64,000 nucleotides of DNA, taken from contig JADHYC010000001.1 of assembly GCA_016782645.1 (NCBI GenBank), positions 16,579-80,578 of the forward strand, given 5' to 3'. Below are positions 9,065-17,515 of this stretch, in pieces. The stretch comes from Fidelibacterota bacterium (GTDB lineage: Bacteria; Fidelibacterota; UBA2242). The translations under genes and the position numbers were made by a program. Each line of letters starts with the position of its first letter. Position 1 is the first letter of the stretch. The notes below the pieces were generated by a model. That model did not search any database, was not told the DNA's origin, and saw nothing but the letters and a program-made list of their open reading frames with translations.

Positions 9065-11244
9065 TGATAATAAAAAAAGTTGCTTATATATTCTTATCGC
9101 TTCTGATTGCTTTAATAGTATGTTTTTTTATTACTTGTGATAGTGAAGAGGACGTAGATACCGAGCCTCCAACTGTATCAATTACTTCTCCCCTTGACAG
9201 TCAAGCAGTATATGATGAATTTTCAATTAAGGTTTCCGCGGTAGATGATGAGGGAGTTAATTTGGTTGAGTTTTATATTGATGGAGCAATTCATCCAAAT
9301 GGTATTGATATTTCAAGTCCTTATCAATATTTATGGAATACAACAGACGAGCAAGATTCTTCATTTCATAATATATATGCTATTGCTTATGACTATTCAA
9401 ATAACTTGAGAATTTCTGACACTATTACATGTATTGTGGATAATAATGGAAGACCACCAGTTGCAGTTGATATATATGTCCCTACCGACATTAAAAAACA
9501 TTCAATGGTATTGAGATGGGAGCGGAGTATTGATAAGGATTTTAAGGAATATCGCTTATTTAGAAATATTTCAGATAAATGGGATTCAACCGCAACTCTT
9601 GTTTCTATTAAACCGGATATAGAGACTACTCATTTCAAAGATATTGGATTGAATGCAGATTCATCTATGGTTACACCGTGGGGTTTAGAAGAAAATAAGA
9701 CTTATTTCTATAAGTTGATAATCAGAGATACTCTTGATCTTGAGGGGGAATCTAATGTTGTTAGTGCCACAACAAAGATTCCAGAATCTGTCGTTCTAAA
9801 GGAAAGTTATCAATCTACCAAGTACTCCGCTACGATTAGCTGGTTTCCAACAAATGAAGATGTAAGATATTTCCGTATTCATCGTTCAAAGCTTGAAAAT
9901 ATGGGAAGTTCGATAGCAGATTCCGTTGGAATTGCAAATTCTTATGAATCTACCTTTATTGACACCGGACTCGCTGCTCTCTCAGTTTATCATTATCGAG
10001 TATTTCTTATTGATTCAGCCGGTTATTCGGTTGGAAGTAATATAATAAGAGTTCAAACAATCGGTATTCAGACAATTGAGTTAGAAACTCCAATAGAAAA
10101 GGATATTGCTAAATGTTCAATAACATTGGGATGGACAAAAAGCATTGAAGAAGATGACACGGATTATATTTTGTACAGGGCTAAACACTCCGGAGTTACT
10201 ATTCAGGATTCTCTTGTGGTTGTGATCAGTGATAAAGATATAACTGTTTATAATGATACTCAACTTGAGCAGGGAGAAATGTACTATTATGTTCTTTACT
10301 TGAAAGACAGCAGGGAGAATCAGAGTATAAGTAATGAAGTGAGTGCTACGACATTGAGTATTCAACCTTTACCTATATCAAGTATTGTAGTTGAGAAATA
10401 TGAGGCAACTCTTCAATGGGGAAAATATACTGATACTGATTTTGATCGGTTTATTTTATACAGAGGTTTAACTGCCGGATTTGATACGAGTTATGCGGAT
10501 GAGAGATTCCATTTTGATGATGTAGATTTGACACAATATACAGATACCGGACTGGATTTAAATACCAGTTATTTCTATAAATTTTTTGTATTTGATACTT
10601 TTGGTTATGGTGCTTTTAGTGAAGTACCCGTTCAAACAAAGAGTGTGCAATCAGTAGAGATCAAAGATGTTGAACCTGTCAATGATCAGTTTTTCAGATT
10701 GACCTATACAATGAATCGAGCAGATAAGGATTTTGATCACTATTCAATTTTCCGAAGTGACTCAACTCCAGATGTTGATCGAAATAGCCTTTTAGTAGGC
10801 ACGGTTTCGTCTCCTTCTGATACTGTTTTTGATGATTATATTCAAATGGAACAATTAAAGCAATATTTTTACCGAGTTTATGTATTTGATGAAAGGGGAA
10901 ATTCTTGCTCCGGTAGTAATGTAAAAGGAGATACATTGAATTCACCTCCTGACCCTGTAACGTTGTATTTTCAAAGTTCTACAAACACTACAATAGAGTT
11001 AAGATGGTCTAAAAATCAGAATGAGGATTTTTTAAGATTCGAACTTTATAGATGTTCTCATGATGATTTCACAAAAAATTCTACAGATGCAATAAAAATT
11101 GTAAGCCTGTATGATAAGGATTTAACAAGTTATATTGACCAAAACCTTCCAAGTGGAGTATTATATTACTACAGAATATACGTTTTTGATATTGGAGAAT
11201 TGTGCGTAGCAAGTAATATTGTTAGTGGATACACAATTCCGTAA
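9064..11244 (+). CDS. Secreted protein with about seven tandem fibronectin-III-like repeats
   Basis: N-terminal hydrophobic anchor/signal. The repeats share a W..S.D.DF..Y.L(F/Y)R signature: WERSIDKDFKEYRLFR, WFPTNEDVRYFRIHRS, WTKSIEEDDTDYILYRA, WGKYTDTDFDRFILYRG, MNRADKDFDHYSIFRS, WSKNQNEDFLRFELYRC. Confidence 0.55.
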   Translation: MIIKKVAYIFLSLLIALIVCFFITCDSEEDVDTEPPTVSITSPLDSQAVYDEFSIKVSAVDDEGVNLVEFYIDGAIHPNGIDISSPYQYLWNTTDEQDSSFHNIYAIAYDYSNNLRISDTITCIVDNNGRPPVAVDIYVPTDIKKHSMVLRWERSIDKDFKEYRLFRNISDKWDSTATLVSIKPDIETTHFKDIGLNADSSMVTPWGLEENKTYFYKLIIRDTLDLEGESNVVSATTKIPESVVLKESYQSTKYSATISWFPTNEDVRYFRIHRSKLENMGSSIADSVGIANSYESTFIDTGLAALSVYHYRVFLIDSAGYSVGSNIIRVQTIGIQTIELETPIEKDIAKCSITLGWTKSIEEDDTDYILYRAKHSGVTIQDSLVVVISDKDITVYNDTQLEQGEMYYYVLYLKDSRENQSISNEVSATTLSIQPLPISSIVVEKYEATLQWGKYTDTDFDRFILYRGLTAGFDTSYADERFHFDDVDLTQYTDTGLDLNTSYFYKFFVFDTFGYGAFSEVPVQTKSVQSVEIKDVEPVNDQFFRLTYTMNRADKDFDHYSIFRSDSTPDVDRNSLLVGTVSSPSDTVFDDYIQMEQLKQYFYRVYVFDERGNSCSGSNVKGDTLNSPPDPVTLYFQSSTNTTIELRWSKNQNEDFLRFELYRCSHDDFTKNSTDAIKIVSLYDKDLTSYIDQNLPSGVLYYYRIYVFDIGELCVASNIVSGYTIP

Positions 11245-11339
11245 ATGTTATTTATAATGAGAGTTTTAAAAGTAATTTCCCTTTTACTGGATGCCGGTCA
11301 CTAAAGAGAGGCAATGAAGTTTTTAGACATCCTGGAGTT

Positions 11340-12158
11340 GTGAAAGTTAGTATTAATGTGAAGATTATAAAAATTATTGTACGAATTAGTTTAGTCTTTA
11401 TAGTATCTATTCTTTTTATTATGTCCTGTGAAGAAGAACCTAAAACAGGTATAAATTCACTTCGATTTGAAGGTGATTATTATCTTGAGATTCCTAATTC
11501 TGCTTCTATTAAGTCTTTAGTAGCTGGAAAATATTTTACAATAGAGATGTGGGCAGCTGGAAACAGTAGTTCACCTGATATTGCAAGAACTCTGTTTATG
11601 GTTGGTAATAATGAAGGTGGTAATGAGATAGGAATTTATCAAGGACCTTATGATTCGAGTTTAGTCTGGGTTTATGTAGATGACAAATTATTTGGGTCTT
11701 TTAATATTCCCAATTTGGATTGGCGGGTTAAAAAGATACATTATTTAAGCCTTGTGAGAGTTGATAATTTTATTTCATTCTATTTTGATGGAACATTAAG
11801 AGGGATGAAATCGATTTCAGACCTTGATTTAGATATAGGTTCGAGTAATATGCTGATAGGAGCGGACTATGATCCGCCTGGTGTAAATAGTAATGAGGGT
11901 AACTTTTGGTATGGGTATATTGATGAGGTGCGAATTTGGAACAAAGACCTAATATCAACGGATGTGGAATTTCATTATAAGAATCCTGATAAACTTACAC
12001 AACACTACTCTAATGAAGGTTTGAATAATCTTGTTGGATTATGGCGGTTTAATAATGAGGAAAGTGAAGTTATGCCTGACGAAAGTGGCTCACAGAATGA
12101 TGCATATATTCGTGGTTATAATAGTATAGTATATTGGGATACGTTCGGAGTAGACTGA
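11340..12158 (+). CDS. Lipoprotein with a concanavalin-A-like / LamG (laminin G) domain
   Basis: Signal peptide plus lipobox (LVFIVSILFIMSCEE). The LamG-type motif YIDEVRIWNKDLISTD is present. The GTG start is at 11340; an alternative GTG lies at 11358. Confidence 0.55.
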   Translation: MKVSINVKIIKIIVRISLVFIVSILFIMSCEEEPKTGINSLRFEGDYYLEIPNSASIKSLVAGKYFTIEMWAAGNSSSPDIARTLFMVGNNEGGNEIGIYQGPYDSSLVWVYVDDKLFGSFNIPNLDWRVKKIHYLSLVRVDNFISFYFDGTLRGMKSISDLDLDIGSSNMLIGADYDPPGVNSNEGNFWYGYIDEVRIWNKDLISTDVEFHYKNPDKLTQHYSNEGLNNLVGLWRFNNEESEVMPDESGSQNDAYIRGYNSIVYWDTFGVD

Positions 12159-12166
12159 TTTCAATA

Positions 12167-12289
12167 GGCTACGAAGTACGACCCCGTAGCCAGATATTTC
12201 AATTCACATTACTCGTTCCGGGGCTGTACTCCGGAATGGAATCACGATTTAGATCGAGAGTTTTGGCTACAGAGCAGAGCCCTGTAGCC
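12167..12289. repeat. Three hairpins between convergent genes; hairpins 1 and 3 are copies of one 29-nt element carrying a compensatory base-pair change
   Basis: ggctacGaagtacgacccCgtagccag (12167-12193) versus ggctacAgagcagagcccTgtagccag (12265-12291); in the second copy the G-C pair is replaced by A-T. A central hairpin ttccggggctgtactccggaa lies at 12216-12236. Confidence 0.4.
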
Positions 12290-12365
12290 AGTAAAAATAC
12301 TATTTATAAGTTGAATTTTATCAATTATTATGTTCAGGAATTCAGTATATATTTTAAGAAGCTTA

Positions 12366-13598
12366 TTAGAAATAGTCTCTGTATCGACTTGTATTCTTTT
12401 TATTCCATTCCGGATGCTTTTTTAATTTATTTTTTACAAATCCTTTTGCTTTTTGAATGCGTTCTTGGATGTATTGTGACTCCCAATGTGATATATCGTA
12501 ATTGTTGGAGCTGTTAATTTTTATTTTTTTCAATACTTTTACAAAGGAAGTCGATTCATAGCCAGCACGGTAGGCATAAATCACCCCTAATTTATCCGCT
12601 TCGTATTCATATTCAATCTGTCGTGGAGCTGTACAATATTCATAAATATTAATTGCCATTTCTTCCAGTTCTTGGTCAGTTGGATCACTGCTATTAGATG
12701 TTTCTTCCTGAAGTTGATCAAATGCTCCTTCAGCAATTATCATTGTCTTTCGCTTTGATAATTCCTGGTAACCATGTTTGCAAACTATATGAGCAATTTC
12801 ATGTCCTAATACGCATGCAAGCTCAGCTTCGTTTTCAAGGATATTAAGGAAGCCTTTTGAAATAAAAACCATTCCATTTGGAGAAGCATATGCAGTGGGT
12901 CGTGAATCATTTAAGATGTAAAACTTCACAGGATAATCGTATAATTCACTATTTTCAAGTACGAGTGTACCCACTAGATTTAAATATTTCAGTTTTGTAA
13001 TATTATTATCAAGTCCTTTTCCGTTAGAAGCTATTTGGGCTGCTACTGCAAGTCCTAATTTTTCAAGGTTAAGAAATATTTCACACTCCTCATAATTTTT
13101 TTGAAATTTTTTATATCTGTTTCTGATTTTCTTCGAATTTCTTTCCTGGTAAGTCTCTTGTTTGAATTGGTAATATTCGTCCGGAGTAATGAATTGTGAT
13201 TGATATTGATCAAAAGCAAATTTGCTGCCTGCTTGATATTTGATGAATTTCTGAGCAAATCCTTTTATTGCTCCGCTTGCAGATGCTCTTGAGATCATTG
13301 TTGGTATTTCACCGAAAGGGCTTGACAACAGTGGATCAATTTTTTCTTCTTTTTGGGATTTTAGAGCATTTTTAGAAATCCAGCCCTCTTTATCACTGAA
13401 CTTTATATTTACCCATCCGGGTTGTTGATTTAGAATTGTAATAGTTGAACCTTTTTTAAGCATTCCCATTAATGGATAGTAACTACCAGGTCCTTCACGA
13501 AAGTGGCATTTATCTCTACTAATTACTTTTGTATTTTGGCTGAGTAGCAGTAGGGGAATGAGGAAAATTACTACGAGAATTAGAATTTGTTTTTTCAT
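12366..13598 (-). CDS. M48 family zinc metallopeptidase with an N-terminal bacterial SH3 (SH3b) domain and a signal peptide
   Basis: HEXXH in VLGHEIAHIVCKHG followed by a downstream Glu, as in M48/BepA-like peptidases. The N-terminal segment GSTITILNQQPGWVNIKFSDKEGWISKNAL is SH3b-like. Signal peptide MKKQILILVVIFLIPLLLLSQ. Confidence 0.7.
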   Translation of the reverse strand: MKKQILILVVIFLIPLLLLSQNTKVISRDKCHFREGPGSYYPLMGMLKKGSTITILNQQPGWVNIKFSDKEGWISKNALKSQKEEKIDPLLSSPFGEIPTMISRASASGAIKGFAQKFIKYQAGSKFAFDQYQSQFITPDEYYQFKQETYQERNSKKIRNRYKKFQKNYEECEIFLNLEKLGLAVAAQIASNGKGLDNNITKLKYLNLVGTLVLENSELYDYPVKFYILNDSRPTAYASPNGMVFISKGFLNILENEAELACVLGHEIAHIVCKHGYQELSKRKTMIIAEGAFDQLQEETSNSSDPTDQELEEMAINIYEYCTAPRQIEYEYEADKLGVIYAYRAGYESTSFVKVLKKIKINSSNNYDISHWESQYIQERIQKAKGFVKNKLKKHPEWNKKNTSRYRDYF

Positions 13599-13646
13599 GG
13601 GTTTTCCTCCTTTTTTTATTTTTTTGTTTAATGTTCTCGGTTCATT

Positions 13647-15806
13647 TTATTTTATGGTGATGTTGAAAATACCTTTGTCGTCTATAAGTTCTGGGTTTGA
13701 GATCAATTGTTGACACCTTTTATGAAAAACTTCTGCTACAGGGTCATCGTGTCTAATTTTAATTAATTTTTCAAATGCAATTGCTGCTAGTTTAAATTTT
13801 CTTTTTCGATACAGTTCTAATGCTTCTTTATGTAAAGACAGATATTTTTCAGTATTGTTGTCTAAATCCTCATTTTTTAATATAACAGTGTATATTCTCA
13901 ATGGCTTATCTCTACCTTTCACCCGAATAAAATCCAGCTCTCTACAAACGAATCTATCTTTTACAAGCCCGTATGTCGTTTCAGAAATAATGTTTTGAGT
14001 TCTGTATATTTTATTAACTCCTTCAAGGCGAGCAGAAAGGTTGACTGTATCTCCGATTGCAGTATAATCCATCCTGTGTGAAGAGCCAATGTTTCCAACC
14101 ACAAATCTCCCGCTATTAATTCCTATGCGTGTTATTAAGGGTATAGAGCGGTTTTTAGTTTCGATTTTAAGAGATGAAAGTTTATTGAACTCCAGTGCTG
14201 CATTGCAGGTGAAAAGAGCATGCTCTCTGTTTTCAATAGGAGCTCCAAATATCGCCATTATTCCATCACCTGTGTATTTATCCAGCATTCCGTTATTGTG
14301 AAAAATTATTTGTTCCACTTTTTCAAAATAGTCATTAAGAAATTCAACAATCTCAGGTGGTGAGAAGTGCTCGGAAATTCCAGTAAATCCCTGTAAATCT
14401 GTGAAAAGAACAGTGGCTTCAATCTCTTTTCCTCCCATTTCAAGTTTACCTGGATTTTGAGTTAAGTTTTCAACAACTGCAGGGTGTAAATATCTATTAA
14501 AAACCTTCTTGACCTGCCTCTTTTCACGCCCTTCTGTAAAGAAATTAGTTACAAGGACAATAATTACAGATAAGAGTATAGCTACCTCAGAAGAGACAAT
14601 TGGGGCAAACATTTTGTAATTCTGGAAAAGGATTACAGCAATCAGTAAAGGTAAAAAGAAAAAAACTAAAGAGATGACAGCTGATAGCCATATTTTTATT
14701 TTTTGCCAGATAAATGATAAGATAAAAAGCAATAGAGTGGAAATAATAACCCACAAGGTAATCGGAAACCTGGAGATAAAATTATCCCTTATAATATTTG
14801 AAAACACAGTAGCATAAATCTCAACGCCGGGGTAGGGTTCAATAGAACTAAAAGGTGTAGTTTTTAAGTCTAAAAGACCTGCAGCAGTAGCTCCGATAAA
14901 AACAGCCTTATTTTTAAAAGTTTCGGAAGGAATTAAAGGTTTTTCTCCACTTTTCCATTGGATATATGATTGTAGTAGTTGTGCGAAAGAGATGTATTTA
15001 AATGTGTTACCAGGTCCACCGGGACCATACCAGTAAATATTAAAAAAGCCGTCTTTGTTAAGTGGGATGCAGTGATTACCGGAAATTAAACATCTGCTTT
15101 TATTATCAAATTGGACCGTTTTAACACCATCGTAGATAAATGCTGCAGTTAATGCCATATATGGATAGATTTTACCGTCATATTTGAAAATTAGCGGTAC
15201 TTTTCTGCAGACCCCGTCACTGTCAGTGAAAAAATTAACTGCACCGGGATGAGCCATGGATTTTTGAAATTTGTAAATTGGTAAAGTTGCTCTTGGATAT
15301 GTTTTAATAATTTCAGAAGGTATATCGTATTCAAACTGAACTGAGAAAGTGTCTAATGCAGGTGCTATATTAAAATGTGTGGAATCTTCCATCTGGGATG
15401 CAAGAATTACACGTTCATTTTTTTTCATTTGAAAAGCAAAAAGTGAATCAGCGTATTCTGCTTCTACATTCAATCTATCAATATCCGGAGAAGAAAATAT
15501 AACGTCAAATGTTATGGTTTTGGCTTCGCAGTAGCCAAGATATTCCGTTGCAGCTGCATAAATATCTCTTGGCCAGGGCCATAATATTTTGAGTTGATTT
15601 TGAAAGTAATCTAAACTGTTTTGATCTATCGCTATAATAACTGCTTCGTCAATAAAGTTCTTCTTCTGAAAATCCCTAAAAAGAACATCATGTGCTTGAT
15701 TTTCCCATTGCTGGATTAATTGAATTTGTGCAATCAGTAGGGATAGTGCAACGCTTGTAAAAGCAATGAAAGCTGAGATGATAACTTTCCGGATATTGGA
15801 TTTCAT
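13647..15806 (-). CDS. CHASE2-sensor membrane adenylate/guanylate cyclase (class III) with a C-terminal TPR-like tail
   Basis: N-terminal TM helix plus a large periplasmic CHASE2-like region, then three TM helices. The cyclase core is VLFTDLQGFTGISE...KYTGDGIMAIFGAP...RIGINSGRFVVGNIGS...YTAIGDTVNLSARLE. Confidence 0.85.
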   Translation of the reverse strand: MKSNIRKVIISAFIAFTSVALSLLIAQIQLIQQWENQAHDVLFRDFQKKNFIDEAVIIAIDQNSLDYFQNQLKILWPWPRDIYAAATEYLGYCEAKTITFDVIFSSPDIDRLNVEAEYADSLFAFQMKKNERVILASQMEDSTHFNIAPALDTFSVQFEYDIPSEIIKTYPRATLPIYKFQKSMAHPGAVNFFTDSDGVCRKVPLIFKYDGKIYPYMALTAAFIYDGVKTVQFDNKSRCLISGNHCIPLNKDGFFNIYWYGPGGPGNTFKYISFAQLLQSYIQWKSGEKPLIPSETFKNKAVFIGATAAGLLDLKTTPFSSIEPYPGVEIYATVFSNIIRDNFISRFPITLWVIISTLLLFILSFIWQKIKIWLSAVISLVFFFLPLLIAVILFQNYKMFAPIVSSEVAILLSVIIVLVTNFFTEGREKRQVKKVFNRYLHPAVVENLTQNPGKLEMGGKEIEATVLFTDLQGFTGISEHFSPPEIVEFLNDYFEKVEQIIFHNNGMLDKYTGDGIMAIFGAPIENREHALFTCNAALEFNKLSSLKIETKNRSIPLITRIGINSGRFVVGNIGSSHRMDYTAIGDTVNLSARLEGVNKIYRTQNIISETTYGLVKDRFVCRELDFIRVKGRDKPLRIYTVILKNEDLDNNTEKYLSLHKEALELYRKRKFKLAAIAFEKLIKIRHDDPVAEVFHKRCQQLISNPELIDDKGIFNITIK

Positions 15807-15825
15807 TTTTCTATTATATTTTTAC

Positions 15826-17298
15826 TTAACCTTCCGAAGGTTCTGAACCTTTGGAAAGTTGAATTATCTTCCACTCAAAATTCCAATCCCATTTATCAAA
15901 GTAAAGATTTCCACCTTCCCATTCGACTTCTCCTCGCTGGGAATCAACTGTTTCAGATCGAGGATAAATTTTAACCGGGTAGAAATTCTGTGAATATGCG
16001 TCGTTAAAAATCAGGCGGTAGCTGTCCATACCATTAAGATAAAACCACTTTAGAATTACGTCATCGGTTTCACGGCAACCGTAAGTGACGTCCATGGGTA
16101 CCCATCCATACGGTTCAAAGTAGATTTCTCCCCAGTCGTGCATACTATCTTTAGGCGGTTGAAATTCCCATCCCGACTGCCATTTTGTGGGAATTCCATT
16201 CATGCGGCAAAGCGTCATAAAGAATAGGGTTTGCATACCACAATCTCCGTGGCGATTTTCATTAACATATTTTGGAATATTTTGAAATGTAGAATATTCT
16301 CTTGCTGATGCCCAGGGAATATTTATATCAACCCATTCAAAAAGTTTTTGTGCAATTCTGTATGGATTTGTTACAGTTCCAACAATTGTTTTCGATAATT
16401 CTTGAAGTTCTTCGGTAAACACTATATGTGGTGGAACTTCATTCAGGAATGGCTCTAACTCCTCTGTTTTGGGAACAGGAATAACTCTGCCTGGATCGAC
16501 TGGAACATAAACCCCGTGTGAAGTATATTGATATTCAACAAAAAATTCAGTCGGAGTGTCGCTTTCGGTAATTTTTTCAAAGTAAATAGTTCTCTGTTTT
16601 GTCTGGTCGTTATCTGCAAGAATGTATTTAGCAGGTTCAGTATTTAGCAGTTTTATATCTGTTTGACGGCTTTCAATTTTACGTGGGAAAGGTATCCAGC
16701 ACCGAAGTATTTTTCCATCTGGCATAACGTCTTTTTCAATTATAATGCTCTGTTTTATCTTAAGAGTTACAGGAGAAACATATCGATTGTCAGAAGATTT
16801 TACTTTTTTAATAATATTAGCAAGATGCTTGTCCAGTGGAAATTTTTCACTATTTTTATCGGTCTTCTCCTTTTCCACTTTTTCCTTAGTAGCCTTTACC
16901 TCTCTGTCAATTCTAAAGAGATTTGGTCCAGCGCTATTGAAATACTTTTTTTCACCATCTATGGTCATGAACTCAAGTGCATCTTCCTTTTCCCATTTCC
17001 TGAGATCTGATGCACTTACTTTAGGAATGTAAGTTTTTATGTATTCCAGAATATCTTTTTCATCCTTGGTGAAATCTTTTTTAATTCTATTCATTCTCTC
17101 AATTTCGAATAAAAGATTAATACGTTCCTGACCGGTTAAATCTTGATTAGATGCCAATTCTACACGAATAATTTGAGAGGCTTTTTTAAATTCCCCCTTT
17201 TCAATAAGTTCCCTGTAATTAACAAAGTTGGAGCATTGAAAAAGGGTGAAAGACATTATCCCCAAAAGGATAAAAAAGATAACTGTTTGTTTTTCCAT
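15826..17298 (-). CDS. Secreted transglutaminase-like cysteine-protease-fold protein
   Basis: Signal/lipobox (MSFTLFQCS). The transglutaminase core has the Cys-His-Asp triad context: HGDCGMQTLFFMTLCRMNGIPTKWQSGWEF ... HDWGEIYFEPYGWVPMD. Confidence 0.75.
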   Translation of the reverse strand: MEKQTVIFFILLGIMSFTLFQCSNFVNYRELIEKGEFKKASQIIRVELASNQDLTGQERINLLFEIERMNRIKKDFTKDEKDILEYIKTYIPKVSASDLRKWEKEDALEFMTIDGEKKYFNSAGPNLFRIDREVKATKEKVEKEKTDKNSEKFPLDKHLANIIKKVKSSDNRYVSPVTLKIKQSIIIEKDVMPDGKILRCWIPFPRKIESRQTDIKLLNTEPAKYILADNDQTKQRTIYFEKITESDTPTEFFVEYQYTSHGVYVPVDPGRVIPVPKTEELEPFLNEVPPHIVFTEELQELSKTIVGTVTNPYRIAQKLFEWVDINIPWASAREYSTFQNIPKYVNENRHGDCGMQTLFFMTLCRMNGIPTKWQSGWEFQPPKDSMHDWGEIYFEPYGWVPMDVTYGCRETDDVILKWFYLNGMDSYRLIFNDAYSQNFYPVKIYPRSETVDSQRGEVEWEGGNLYFDKWDWNFEWKIIQLSKGSEPSEG

Positions 17299-17515
17299 TT
17301 TTAGCTCCTCTTTTTTTTCTTCAATTCAGTAGCATGGTTACTTGAAAAGTTACGATATAGTGATTGTTTTGCAATGAAATTTATGACTTTGTGTAAGATT
17401 CAGAATAGGTTAAACTTGACTGATTTGTTATATAAGGAATTAGTGGCACGGCTTTTGAAATTTTAACAAAGAGATTTTTCTAAAAAATTGGATAATTGTT
17501 TGTATAGAGAGAATT

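Noticed and set aside
12134-12517. 127-aa + strand ORF
   Set aside because: It spans the hairpin-rich intergenic spacer and runs antisense into the 3' end of the M48 peptidase gene. It has low-complexity composition and no motif, so it is spurious.
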